Origin: Mobula birostris
Taxonomy: Eukaryota
Length of the DNA stretch: 64,000 bases
Assembly (NCBI RefSeq): GCF_030028105.1
Contig: NC_092379.1
Span: 21,305,309-21,369,308, forward strand
Reading direction: 5' to 3'
Shown in pieces: positions 1 through 12,179 of this stretch. The notes under the pieces are model-generated. The model saw only the letters and a list, made by a program, of their open reading frames with translations. It did not search any database and had not been told where the DNA came from. Each line of letters begins with the position of its first letter. Positions within the stretch are counted from its first letter, which is position 1. Position numbers and translations under genes: made by a program.

Positions 1-359
1 CATGTATTTCCCTCAGTTCCTCCATCTCACTGGACCCTCTGTCCCCTACTATTTCTGGAAGATTATTTATGTCCTCCTTAGTGAAGACAGAACCAAAGTA
101 ATTATTCAATTGGTCTGCCATGTCCTTGCTCCCCATAATCAATTCACCTGTTTCTGTCTGTAAGGGACCTACATTTGTCTTAACCAATCTTTTTTCTTTT
201 CACATATCTATAAAAGCTTTTACAGTCAGTTTTTATGTTCCCTGCCAGTTTTCTCTCATAATCTTTTTCCCCCTTCCTAACTAAGCCCTCTGTCCTCCTC
301 TGCTGAACTCTGAATTTCTCCCAGTCCTCAGGTGAGCCACTTTTTCTGGCTTACAGGAG

Positions 360-3300
360 GTAGGTTCCTGGGTGATGGTCAGGAGAGGGAAAAGGAATAG
401 GCAGCCAGTTCAGAGTACCTCTGTGACCATTCACCTCAATAATAAATTTACTGCTTTGGATAGAGTTGAAGGGGAGAACTTGGGGCAGACACAGAAACCT
501 GGTTTCTAGCACTGAGTCTGTCCCAGTGGCTCAGAAGGGAAGGCAGGGGTGTAGAAGAGGAGTTAAACTGTGATAGTGGATTCCATAATCAGAGGAGCAG
601 ACAGCAGATTCTATGGATGTGAAAGAGACACCTAGATAGTACGTTGCTTCACAGGTGCCAAGGTCAGGGATGTCTCGGATCAGGTCAGGAGCATTCTAAA
701 GGGGAAGAGCGATCAGCTGGAAGATGTGGTGTATATTGGTATCAGTGACATAAGCAGGGAAAGAGAGGAGGTCCTGAAGACAGAATATAGGGAGTTAGAT
801 GGAAAGCTGAAGAATTGGACCTCCAGCGTAGTAACCTCTCGATTGCTGTTTGCGCCATGCACCAGTGAGGGTACGAATAAGATGACTTGACAGTTGATTG
901 TGTGGCAGAAGAATTGGTGCAGGGGCAGTGTTTCAGATTTCTGGACCATTTTGATCTCTTCTGGGGAATGTATGACCTGTACAAAAGGACAGGTTATATC
1001 TGAACACGCCGGAGACCAATACCCTTACAGGCAGGATTGCTAGAGCTGTTTGGGAGGATTAAAACTATTTTGGCAGGGGGATTGTAACCAGAGTGATAGG
1101 GCTGAGGATGGGGCAGCTGGTCTAAAACTAGATGTGGTGTGTAGTGAGGCTGAGAGGAAAGGACAGGCAGATGATAGGCAAAGTTGAAGTCATGTGAATG
1201 AGTTCAAGTGTACCAGGGGGCCAAAATCAAAAAGAGTGATGAATTCAGGACTGAAGGTGTAATATTGGAATGCACACAGTATATGGAATAAGGTCTTGTA
1301 GTGAAGTTAGAGATTAGCACGTAATACATTGTGAGCATCACTGAGTTGTGGCTGAAAGAAGATCATAGCTGGGAGCTTAACATCCAAAGATGCACATAGT
1401 ATTGAAAGCATAGGCGCGTAAGCAGAGGGGATGAGGAGCTTCTGTTGGTAAAAAGTGAAATCAAATCCTTAGAAAGAGGTGATATAGTATCAGAAGATGT
1501 AGTATCATTTTAGGCAGAGTTAAGAAACTGCAAGAGTTTAATAAAAAAAATTCTGATGGAAGTTATACACAGGCCTCTGAACAGTAGCCAGGATGAGGGC
1601 TACAAATTACAATGGGAGATAGGAAAGGAATGTAAAAAGGGAGAAGTTACAAAAGTTGTGGGGATCTCAATATGTAGATAGATTGGGAAAATGAGGTTGG
1701 CGCTGTATCCCAAGAGAAGAAATTTGTAGAATGCCTATGAGGTTGTTTTTAGAGCAGCTTGTGGTTGAGTCCAACAGTGGAACAGTAATTCTGGATTGGG
1801 TGTAGGGTAATGAACCAGATTTGATTTGCAAGCTTAAGGTAAAGGAACCCACAGGATCAAGTGATCATAATATAACAAAATTCACCCTACAGTTTGAGAA
1901 GGAGAAACTAAAATCGGATGTATCAGTATTACAGTGGAGTAAAGGGAATTACAGATGCATGAGAGAGGGGCTGGCCACAGTAGATTGGAAGAGGTCAGAT
2001 ACAGGGATGATGGCAGAACTGCAAAGGCTGGAGTTTCTGGGAGAACTTTGGAAGGCATAGGAAAGATGCATCCCAAAGATGAAGAAGTATTCTGAAGGGA
2101 GTATGAAACAACCATAGCTATCAAAAGATATCAAAGACTGCACAAAGAAAAAGAGAGGGCATATAATATAGCAAAATCCAACAGCAGGTTTGCTATCTGG
2201 TAACTGCTATATGTAGTTTGTGCTGTGTATGACTGTTGGTGCAGCGTTTTGCACCTTGGCCCCGGAGAAACACTACATTGTTTGTCTGAATTGATGGGCA
2301 TTCACGTCTGGCTGAATGATAATAAACTCGAACTTAACTTGAAGGCAATTAAAAAAAGACATAAAGAGTGAAGAGATGAAATAGGAAGGTGTTACATGCT
2401 CAAGGAAATCTGTGCTTTTTTTTGTGAGAATGATGTAATGGTCTTTTGGAAGTCACCTGATGTGATATTCCCGCCGATGTGAGCTCATGTGATGACATGT
2501 GCACCATGACTATATAAGGGTCGACCCAGGTGACGCAGTTGGTTTTTAGTCTGTAGATTTCCAGGTAGAACATACTGTATCTCCGTTTTTGTTGCATGTT
2601 TGTTTTTGTGACGCAGTTTCATTTTTAAAATAGAGTGTGCGTTCTATTGCAAGATACCATATTATTGGACTGGAAATTTTTGGCTAGATGTGTTGATTTA
2701 CCCAATTCCAACAGTAGAAGGGAGAGTGAAGAATTTATTGAAGTACAGGACCGAAGGATCGAGCGAAGTCGGCATCGTTTGGCAGCTTTAATAAAGGATT
2801 GACCTTATTGAGGCTTCATTGGAGGAGTAGCTACCTGCATCGGAGAAAATTCTTGCCAAAAAGAGCAAGGAGTTCATGCAACGGTTTGCTCTCTCTCTAA
2901 AAGAATTTAAAGTCAGTTGATTTAAACTGTTTATTTTCGGCATCATGAATCCTGTGGGCAGAACCAGCAGGAAAGTCGTGTCTATGAAGAAATCCTTCTC
3001 CAGAGAAGTCTCTCCCAATTGAACATATAAATCTGTTGGACTTCTGAATTTATCGCTTTAAGAACTATATCTGACTGTATTGCTTTAAGAACTGTTTTCA
3101 CATTTAACGCTTTAAGAACCAGAGCTGAGTGACAAGTTGGTGAATGGCTGCATAACGGTTAACTTCCAGTTAAAGTTTTCATTTGTTTTTGTTTCCTTAT
3201 CGTTTATACGTGTTTAATAAATGTTTGGTTGTTTTTATATAACCTGTTTCGATTGACATTCATTGTTGCCGGTTACGTAACAAAGGTAAGATAGCCAATA

Positions 3301-3730
3301 ATATAAAAGAAGATGCCAAGAGATTTTTTACAGATATATATCAAGTAAATGAGAGACCAGTGCGGCTAATGGACCACTGGAAAATTATGTTGGAGAGGTA
3401 GCAATGTGGGACAAAGAAATGGCACATGAATTTAGTAAATATTTTGTGTCAGTCTTCACAGCAAAATGCCATAAATGCAAAAGTGTCAGGGGGGCAGAAA
3501 TGAGTGTCATTTCTATTACTAAGGAGAAGGTGCTTAGGGTGCTGAAAAGTCTGAAGGTAGTTAAGTCACCTGGACCAGATGGGGGACACCTCAGGGCTCT
3601 GAACGAGGTAGCTGAAGAGACTATGGAGGCATTAGTAATGATCTTTCAACAATCACTAGATTCTGAAATGGTTCCAGAGGACTGAAAAATTGCAAATATC
3701 ACTCCACTTTTTAAGATGGAACGGAGGCAG
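360..3730 (+). mobile_element. Degenerate CR1-clade LINE (esterase-like ORF1 remnant, endonuclease, start of RT), interrupted by a solo LTR and other fragments
   Basis: GDSII-like esterase motif near 575; endonuclease-type coding ~1250-1900; KSPGPDG...LNEVAEE...IFQQSLDS..VPED in ORF 3404..3685; many stops and frameshifts. Confidence 0.8.
2390..3282. mobile_element. Solo LTR with 4-bp TSD (AAGG), inserted in CR1
   Basis: Termini TGTTAC...GTAACA; AAGG at 2386-2389 and 3283-3286; removing it rejoins CR1 sequence (GAAATAGGAAGG|TAAGATAGCC). Confidence 0.85.
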
Positions 3731-4904
3731 AAGAAAGAAAATTATAGGCCAGGTGGTTAATGGTTAGTGTAGACTCAGTGGTTAATGGTTAGTACAGACT
3801 TAGTGGGATGATGGGCCTGTTTCTGTGCTGTATCTCTCTATCTGTACAGGAAACAATACAGACCGAGTACGGAAGCCCTTGTAAGTGTTCCCTGGACTAA
3901 CCATCAAAAGAAGTAAGTGTGACCCCACTACAATCTGAAGGGGAATGCAGATCTGAATCACCAATGATTAATGTTTTTTTTCCCCAGATGCTGCCTGTCT
4001 CACTGTTTTCTGATTTTATTTTCTATGCTCTTGCACATTCTAATAGAAAATGTGATGTCCTTGGGATTCAACCCCCGTTCATCATAAAGAACTTTTGTGG
4101 CTCATTTGTGGACATGGTTGTTCTGCAATGCAAAATCTAATCTAATCTAAAAAATAACTGGAAAATTTTACCCAAAAGCAACCACTTGAATTTATAGTGT
4201 GGCTTTAATACAGGAAATCATTAGAAGGAGTTTCACAGGAGCATAAATCAGATGTCAAATCATAGAAGGAGAGGGAATGGCAGGTGAGGAAGTGTCTAGT
4301 CAGAGGTGGAACCTGGAAGCAATGCCTCAGTCCAACAGGATGATGTGCTGAAATGGTTGGCACCACAATTTCATCAAAGTTGCTGGTGAATGCAGCAGGC
4401 CAAGCAGCATCTATAGGAAGAGGTACAGTCGACGTTTCAAGCCGAGACCCTTCATCTGTTGCTTGAATTTCCAGCATCTGCAGATTTCCTCATGTTTGCA
4501 CCACAATTTACTGACTCACTGAGATGTCAGACACAGAGTGATGGAAGAGTGAAGGGAATGGAAATGACATCCATGAGATGGATTTAAATTAAAGAGGAAG
4601 AGAAAGACACAGTACTGCAGGTTTAAATTCATTAGAATGAATCTGTGGACGTTGTTGAGGAAGCTCCTCAGACAGAGTAATTGATGGTAGGACTGGACTC
4701 CCACATGGAGGAGGGTGAGAGGAAACTCAAGAATCATTTTAGAATTAATTCATGGCAAAACATTTGTAAACTAAATGTAAATTATTTAATTCATTTATTT
4801 ATTGGCATACAGCATGGAATAGGCCCTTCTGGCCCTTCGAGCCACCGATTTAATCCTAGTCTAATCACAGGACAATTTACAATGTCCAATTAAAGTACCA
4901 AACT

Positions 4905-5065
4905 GAGGTACTTTAGACTTTGGACTGTAAGAGGAAACTGGAGTACCCGGTGGAAACTCACACATTCTTGGACAGAAATTACAAATTCCTTACAGGCAGC
5001 GACAGGAATTAAACCCCAGGTTGCCCGCACTGGAGAGCATTCTGCTAACCACTACACTACCATGC
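4905..5065 (-). mobile_element. tRNA-derived SINE fragment
   Basis: Minus strand reads A-box-like GGTAGTGTAGTGGTTAGC, B-box-like GGTTTAATTCC, then core GTTTCCACCGGGTACTCCAGTTTCCTC. Confidence 0.65.
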
Positions 5066-5619
5066 CCCCCCAAATTCTGGGTTCCCCAGCCTGTCTGATG
5101 GATTCGTTGATCAATAGTTAAACTTGTGTTGGGTCCTGATGTTTTTGCAACCCAAAGTACTTCAACAGTCAAGAAGAGGCATTAAAACCCATTGCTTATG
5201 ACCGTTGAATACTGGTAGCCGACATTCGGTTCAAATCCAATTGCTTAAATTAACCCGTACGATAATTCTTTCCGAGCAATGTGATACCCACCACTGAATC
5301 TGGGAGTTTCCAGGAGATACACAGACAATGGCAACCCACTGAACAATTACATGTATATAACTAATTATTTAAAAACACAAACAAACATAAGAAAGTTAAA
5401 CTACAATGAAAATAATAAAGTAGTACCATCCCAGTACCTTCAGGACCATTATTTGCTGCTATTGTGAGATCTATCAATCTGTTCTTACCAGAATTGACTC
5501 AGAGTGTAAACAGATTCAAATCCAGTTCAGGTGATGTTATTTTATTCAAGGTGAACACAAAAATCAAGCAGCAAGGTACTGGCCGAGGGCTATTATAGAA
5601 ATAATACATTTTACTGTCC

Positions 5620-6415
5620 AGATGTCAGACTGGCAGACCACAGTACGTGTGCTTGCAACACTGTGTGTCCGACAGAGTGATCAGCAGCACTGGGGCTCCA
5701 CAGGGGACTGTCTTGTCTCCCTTTCTCTTTACCATTTACATCTCGGACTTCAATTACTGCACAGAGTCTTGTCTTCTTCAGGAGTTTTCTGATGACTCTG
5801 CCATAGTTGGATGCATCAGCAAGGGAGATGAGGCCGAGTACAGGGCTACGGTAGGAAACTTTGTCACATGGTGTGAGCAGAATTATCTGCAGCTTAATGT
5901 GAAAAAGACTAAGGAGCTGTTGGTAGACCTGAGGAGAGCTAAGGTACCGGTGACCCCTGTTTCCATCCAGACGATCAGTGTGGACATGGTGGAGGATTAC
6001 AGATACCTGGGGATACGAATTGACAATAAACTGGACAGGTCAAAGAACACAGAGGCTGTCAAAAAGAAGGGTCAGAGCCAGCTCTATTTCCTGAGGAGAC
6101 TGAGGTCCTTTAACATCTGCCTGACGATGTTGAGGATGTTCTACGAGTTTGTGGTGGCCAGTGCAATCATGTTTGCTGTTGTGTGCTGAGGCAGCAGGCT
6201 GAGAGTAGCAGACACCAACAGAATCAACAAACTCATTCGTAAGGCCAGTGATGTTGTGGGGATGGAACTGGACTCTCTGACGGTGGTGTCTGAAAAGAGG
6301 ATGCTGTCCAAGTTGCATGCCATCTTGGACAATGTCTCCCATCCACTATATAATGTACTGGGTGGGCACAGGAGTACATTCAGCCAGAGACTCATTCCAC
6401 CGAGATGCAACACAG
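5620..6415 (+). mobile_element. Rex1/Babar-like non-LTR retrotransposon RT C-terminal fragment
   Basis: ORF 5647..6189: STGAPQGTVLSPFLFTIY...FSDDSAIVG...LNVKKTKELLVDLRR...YLGIRIDNKL...LYFLRRLRSF. Confidence 0.85.
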
Positions 6416-8359
6416 ATATTTATCTATACTTGTAGACCTCATCAGCTGACAACCTTTCAATGACAGATTATTGATTCTCTCTGAATACGCAAGTTTGTTA
6501 TCCTTTCATCTTCAGGGCTTGAGAGCTTCCAGGCCAATGATAAGCCCCAGCTCCCACAGTGATCCATAGTGTTTGTTGTCTGTGTTGCTGTTTCACTCTA
6601 AACTTGATTGACCGGACAGCCTTACGTTCTCAACAACAAATGTTCCCTTGTCACACAGGGATTCTGCCCATTGATGTAATGTTGACAAGTCAGTCTCTGG
6701 CATCTTTTAGTATCTCCTTATTTTCTGCTTTATTGCTGCCAATTCACAATTATCCGATCACCAAGATGGACTTCTGTGCTCAGTCTGAGCAAACACACTT
6801 TCAGTTGTTGGTGGAAGTCTCCCAACATAAAATGCAGGCGTACATACATTTCACATAACATAATCAATAAATCAATCAGTAACAGTCAATCATCATTACA
6901 GTGAGCCCATTTCTGACACGTGGAAAATGCTCTGTAACGAGGAGAGGGTCTTACTGTCTCTGCGTCTTTTGCCCTTTGATTTTGATTCATTTTGTCTCAT
7001 TCTGTGTGGTAAACGTGAACCTGTTGGTTAGTGCAAAGCACAATGTTAGAATTATATTTCCATATGTAAAGTAGTGTGTTTATTCTTTTTAGTAACACAG
7101 CTCCACTGGGAGGGCCCCCTGCTCAAATTAAACCTGCCTGTGAAACCTGAGAGGAAGTGTAAGGACTGGGTGTTAATGTTATCGCAGAGCTTCAGACATC
7201 TGTCAGCTATTAATAACAAATAGTTACTGAGCTTCAAGTAAACCTACAACACAGAACAGTACAGCACAGCAACAGGGCCTTCAGCCCATGATGACTGTGA
7301 CAACCACAACACCAAATTAATCTGAACCAAACTATCTGCACAGAATCCATATCCCTCCATATCCTGAATGGTCATGTGTTTTTTCAAATGTATCTCAACT
7401 GTACTATCATGCTGATTCACCACCTCTCCTGCCAGTGCATTCCAGGCACCTATCACTCTGTGTGTAATAACTACAACCCACAAATCTCCTTTGAATGTTA
7501 CACCCCTCACCTGAAATCTATCTGGAGATGAAATTTTACCCTGAGGAAATGACTTTGACTGTCAGCCCTATTGATGACTCCCGTGCTTTTGTAAGCCTCT
7601 ATCAGATTGCCTCTCAGCCGACTCTCCAGAGTAAACTGTCAAAGATTGTTCAACCTCTCCTTACAGCTAATATTCTCTAATCCAGGCAACATGCTCATGA
7701 ATGTCTTTTGCACCCTCTCCAAAGCCTCCACATCCTTACAATAGAGCAACCAGAACTGAGGGTTCATGAAGTTTCACCCAGGTTAATGCAGGCATGAAAC
7801 CTATGCTTCAACTTGGACAAAAAGCAATCTGTACTCTCCTCTTACCCAGTCCCATGAAATTCTCCCAGCAGGGACACTGCCTCCTTGATGCTGGAATGTA
7901 CTGGATTCAACTTTTGGGCTCATTCCTTTGGATATTTTGTACCTCATTAGTAATATGTGAATGGTTTAGCTGCTCAAATACATCCTGGATAGGAGGGCCA
8001 TGAGAAGTTTGAAAGGCAAAGAATATTTCCACCTCAAATGACAAAAATACTTGATAGGGTGGAGGAAAAAGGTGGTTCGGTCTTCAGGGGAATTAAAACT
8101 ATTGTAAATAATCACTAATCATCCAGTTTGGATTATTTATCCAGAGAGTGGGGAGAAACTGAATCTCTCCCACAGAAGTAAATGTGGGGAAAGGGAGCAG
8201 AAGGAAATGTTAATCCAATTGGGCAAAGATGGAGTGACTGGAGGTTCATGTGGAAAATAAAAATGGCATGAAATAATTGGTCTGAATCTGCTCCTGTGTT
8301 GTATGTTTCATTTAACTCTGTGTCGTACCAGAGTCACGGGAGAAACAAAATCTATTGAG

Positions 8360-8620
8360 TTTCCTTTCCTTCACCATGTTCCTCTCCCACTCTCTCTATC
8401 TCTTCCTGGGACTTTCACTCTCCTGTTCCTCCCACACTCTCTGCATATCCACATCATTTCCCTTTCATTTCTTCTTTCTGTCACCCCTCTCATCGCTTCC
8501 TCCCCATATCATTCCTTCCCACTTCATGTCTCTTATCCTCTTCCTCCTTCACTCTCTCTGTATGTTCCTCTCTCTTTATTTTCCCTTCACTTTTCTGTCC
8601 ATTGGCCAATCCCAAACTCC
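8360..8620 (+). repeat. Pyrimidine-rich (CT) low-complexity tract
   Basis: Almost entirely C/T on the + strand; explains the F/L/S/P-rich ORFs 8303..8749 and 8355..8810. Confidence 0.8.
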
Positions 8621-8739
8621 TTCTCAGGAACTGTTGTTTCCCAGTGGCAGCAGTTGGGCCCAGACCAGTCACCTACGGTCAGGTATATCAGATCATCAGA
8701 CTCAACTAGTTACTGCCTTCACTCCCATCAGTATCAGAA

Positions 8740-9640
8740 GCAGGTTTAATATCACTGACATATGCTGTGAAATTTGTTGTGTTGTGGCAGCAGTACGGTG
8801 CAACACATAAAAACCATAAATTACAATGAGATACATGTATATATAACACATGCAAATCGAGAGCAAAAATAGGAGGTAGTGTTCATAAGTTGGTTCAGTG
8901 TCTGTTCAGAAATCTGATGGCAGAGGGGAAGAAGCTGTTCCTGAAATGTTGAGTGTGTGTCTCCAGGCTCCTGTACCTCCTCTCTGATGGTAGTAATAAG
9001 AGGAGAACATGTCCGGTATGATGTGGGTCTTTAATGATGGATGTGGCTTTTTGAGGCATGGCCTTTTGAAGATGTCCTCAGTGCTGGCGAAGATGGTGCC
9101 CGTGATGGAGCTGGCTGAGTTTGCAACTCTCTGCAGCTTTTTCTGATCCTGTGCAGTGGCCTGTCTGTACCAGACGGTGAGGCAACCACATCCAATGCTC
9201 TCCATAGTACATCTGTAGAAATTTGCTGGAAATTTGGTGAACCACCAAATCATGTCAAACTCCTAATGAAATTTAACCTCTAATATTCCTTTTTTGTCAT
9301 TTCATCAATAAGTTGGACCCAGGATAGATCTTTAGCATTGCTGACAGCCAAGAATTTGAAACTGCTCACCCTTTCCACTACTGATCACTCAGTGATACCT
9401 GGTGTGTGTCCCTCCACGTTCCCTTCCTGAAGGCCACAATCAATTCATTATTCTTACTGATATTGAGTGAAGATCGTCAGTGTGACACCACTCAACCAGC
9501 CAATCGATCTCACTTCTGTACCCCTCCTCGTCACCATCTGAGATTCTGCCAGCAACAGACAAATGTGAAGATGGCATCTTTGAGCTGTGCTGAGCCACAC
9601 AATCATGGGTGTAGAGAGAGTAGAGTGGAGCATGTCCCAT
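8740..9640 (-). mobile_element. Rex1-like LINE 3' fragment
   Basis: Minus ORFs: PLYSLYTHDCVA...GRISDGDEEGYRSEI; NFYRCTMESI..GCLTVWY...KKLQRV. Confidence 0.75.
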
Positions 9641-10869
9641 ACCTCAATTCAGAATAGGACAAAGAGGCAGTGGAAGCTGGAATGGTACAGTATAGCCAAC
9701 TGTGAGATTTTTAACTTACCGCTGTAAGTATAGAAAGTTTTAAACAATCAGTAATGAATACAAGCCAATGGTAGGACAAGCCAGGTACACATGAAAATAC
9801 TCAGGTATGGCAAGAAACTTAAGGAGGTAAACTGCCCACAGCCACAGAGGTTGTTGTTTGGCGAGCTCGTGTTTCAAGAGAGGTCTTGTTTCTGCTGTGT
9901 CAGCTGACTGACACAGATTCCATAAGGGAATAACCAATCCTAGTGGACAGAGAGGGAATGTGGAACGTTCACTTTGGATGAGAGACCCCTGGCAGGTTTG
10001 GGTTCTAATTAATCTTGAGGATAATTTTAAGCTAAAAGTCCAAATGTGTTGCAGTTAATGGGTAAAACAGGGATACAGAGGGGTGGATGTTACACTGCTA
10101 TGGAGTAGAGATTGAATTAGACCACATCTGGAGCACTGACTGTGATTCTTGGCATCACCCTTCAGGAAGGATGTGTTTTCCTTGGAAAGGGGGTGTGTGG
10201 ACCAGGGCCAGTGAAGTGCCACTGGGACTGGAATAGAATATTGGGTCTGGTCACTTGTTGCCTGAAGTATGGAAAACTGAAGGCCAGTGTAATTAGGGAG
10301 TTTAAAACATTCCAGAATGGCACAGAAAAATAACACAAAGAATCTGTTATTTCAGGGTATACAGGTCACTGGAAATCTGGAAGTCTCCCCTGAAAGTGGT
10401 CAAGACTTGGGGGGAGGGGTGGGTGTGTCAATTGAAACTTCAGTATTAATGAAATTTTGTTTGAGTTCAATTATTCAAATATGTGGAGCCAAGGTTGGTA
10501 AATGGAGCTCGAACACAGGTCAACTTAAGAGGGAATAGACTGGAGGGCTGAACAACCTCCTTCTGACTCTCAGTGCACGGGGTAAATTTGAACAGAATCT
10601 CTGTGTGCAGCTGTTGATTTACCAGAAACACATTTCATATTTTCTTTCTTGACAGGTGGATGAAACTGGACAGTAATATAGAGAATATTTCCTTCTCAGC
10701 TTCCTGTAGGAGACGTGGCTTGACTTAATCTGAACAGGGAATCTTCCAGAGGAAATAGCCTTACTAAAAAGAATAAGCTTGCTGCTCAAGGCATAGAAAT
10801 AGTTTTTTGATTCAGACCAGTGCCAATAAACAATTCTTGTATTACTGAAGATACAATTCTTGTATGACT

Positions 10870-11410
10870 ATAGTGTACTGTGGAGAGCATTCTGACAGGT
10901 TGCATCACTGTCTGGTATTGGAGGGACAGAGGGCAGGGGCTGCTGCACAGGATTGAAAGAAGCTACAGATGGTTGCAAATTTAGTTGACTTCATCTTGGG
11001 TACTCACCTACAAAGTATCCAGGGCCTCTTCAAAGATTGGTGTCTCAGAAAGGCAGCATCCATTATTAAGGACCGCCAGCACCCAGGGCATGCCCTTTTC
11101 TCAGTGTTACCATCAGGTAAGAGGTACAGAAGCCTGAAGGCACACACTCAGCGATTCAGGAACAGCTTCTTCCCCTCTGCCATCCGATTCCTAAATGGAC
11201 ATTGAACCCTCGGACACTCCCTCACTTTTTAATATACATTATTTCTATTTTTTGCATGATTTTTAATCTATTCAATATACGTGTATTGTAATTTATTTAC
11301 TTATTATTATTATTTTGCTTTGGTTTTTTTTCTTCTATATTATGTATTGTATAGAACTGCTGCTTCTATGTTAACAAATTTCACATCACATGCCGGTGAT
11401 AATGAACCTG
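10870..11410 (+). mobile_element. Rex1-like LINE 3' fragment
   Basis: KAASIIKDRQHPGHALFSVLPSGKRYRSLKAHTQRFRNSFFPSAIRFLN (ORF 10969..11205). Confidence 0.75.
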
Positions 11411-12179
11411 ATTCTGAGTCCATGCAAGTATGGAGACATCTGTCCTCTGCAAAGTAATAATAAACAGCAGACTTGAAACAAACTTAAATATTGGTTCTAT
11501 GGAAAGAAAACAGAGATGGGCTCATATTGAAGGTGGTGCTTATTTACGCTGCAAGCAGGGAATTTGTGCTCTGGCCCAATACCATTATACTCATGGTTCC
11601 AAATAAACTGCTCCAGCACAGATACAACACTGACATCTGCACAAGTATAGGAAAATTGCCCAGTGTGGCCATTCCTGAAATATAGGAAAAATCTAATTAG
11701 ACAATAATGGCCAAATTTGTCTACTCAATCTTCAGTAAAGTGATGGGAGCCATAATTTACAGTGTTGGAAAGTAGCACTTACTTAGCAAATAACCTCATT
11801 ACTAGTTTAGTTGTTGCTGAGACAACTTGGTTCTTCATTGATCAACCTTGTTGTCTTATCTGTTGCTATCAAATCCTCTGACAGCACATTCTATATAACG
11901 ACCACAATTTTGCCTCATAAATCTCATCTATACGCTTCCCCTCTCATCTGAAACCTCTGCCCTCCGCTGTTTGACATTTCTACTCTAGAAAAATGTCTGT
12001 GACTCTCTATGGTCCTCATGAATTTACATTCTTCTGTCATTTCATCCCACAGTCTCCAATGCTCCAGCAAAAAGGGTCCAAGTTTATCCAAACTTTCCTT
12101 ACAAGAAAAATGCTCCAATCCAAACAACACTTTACTGAATATACTCTTTCCTCTCTCCAAAGCATCCACATCATTCCTG

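Larger units (their letters stand above)
1..4264. repeat. Left arm of inverted segmental duplication (runs off window start); partner 41375-45661
   Basis: Position 1 (CATGTATTTCCCTCAG) is the reverse complement of 45646-45661; near-identity continues to ~4264/41375. Mirrored ORFs in the track are almost identical (742..984 vs 44679..44921; 1821..2060 vs 43603..43842; 2788..3018 vs 42645..42875). Confidence 0.95.

Noticed and set aside
8303-8810. Hydrophobic ORFs 8303..8749, 8355..8810 (also 26205..26768) as membrane proteins or the TM exon
   Set aside because: Artefacts of CT-rich low complexity; no Ig TM motif or splice context.
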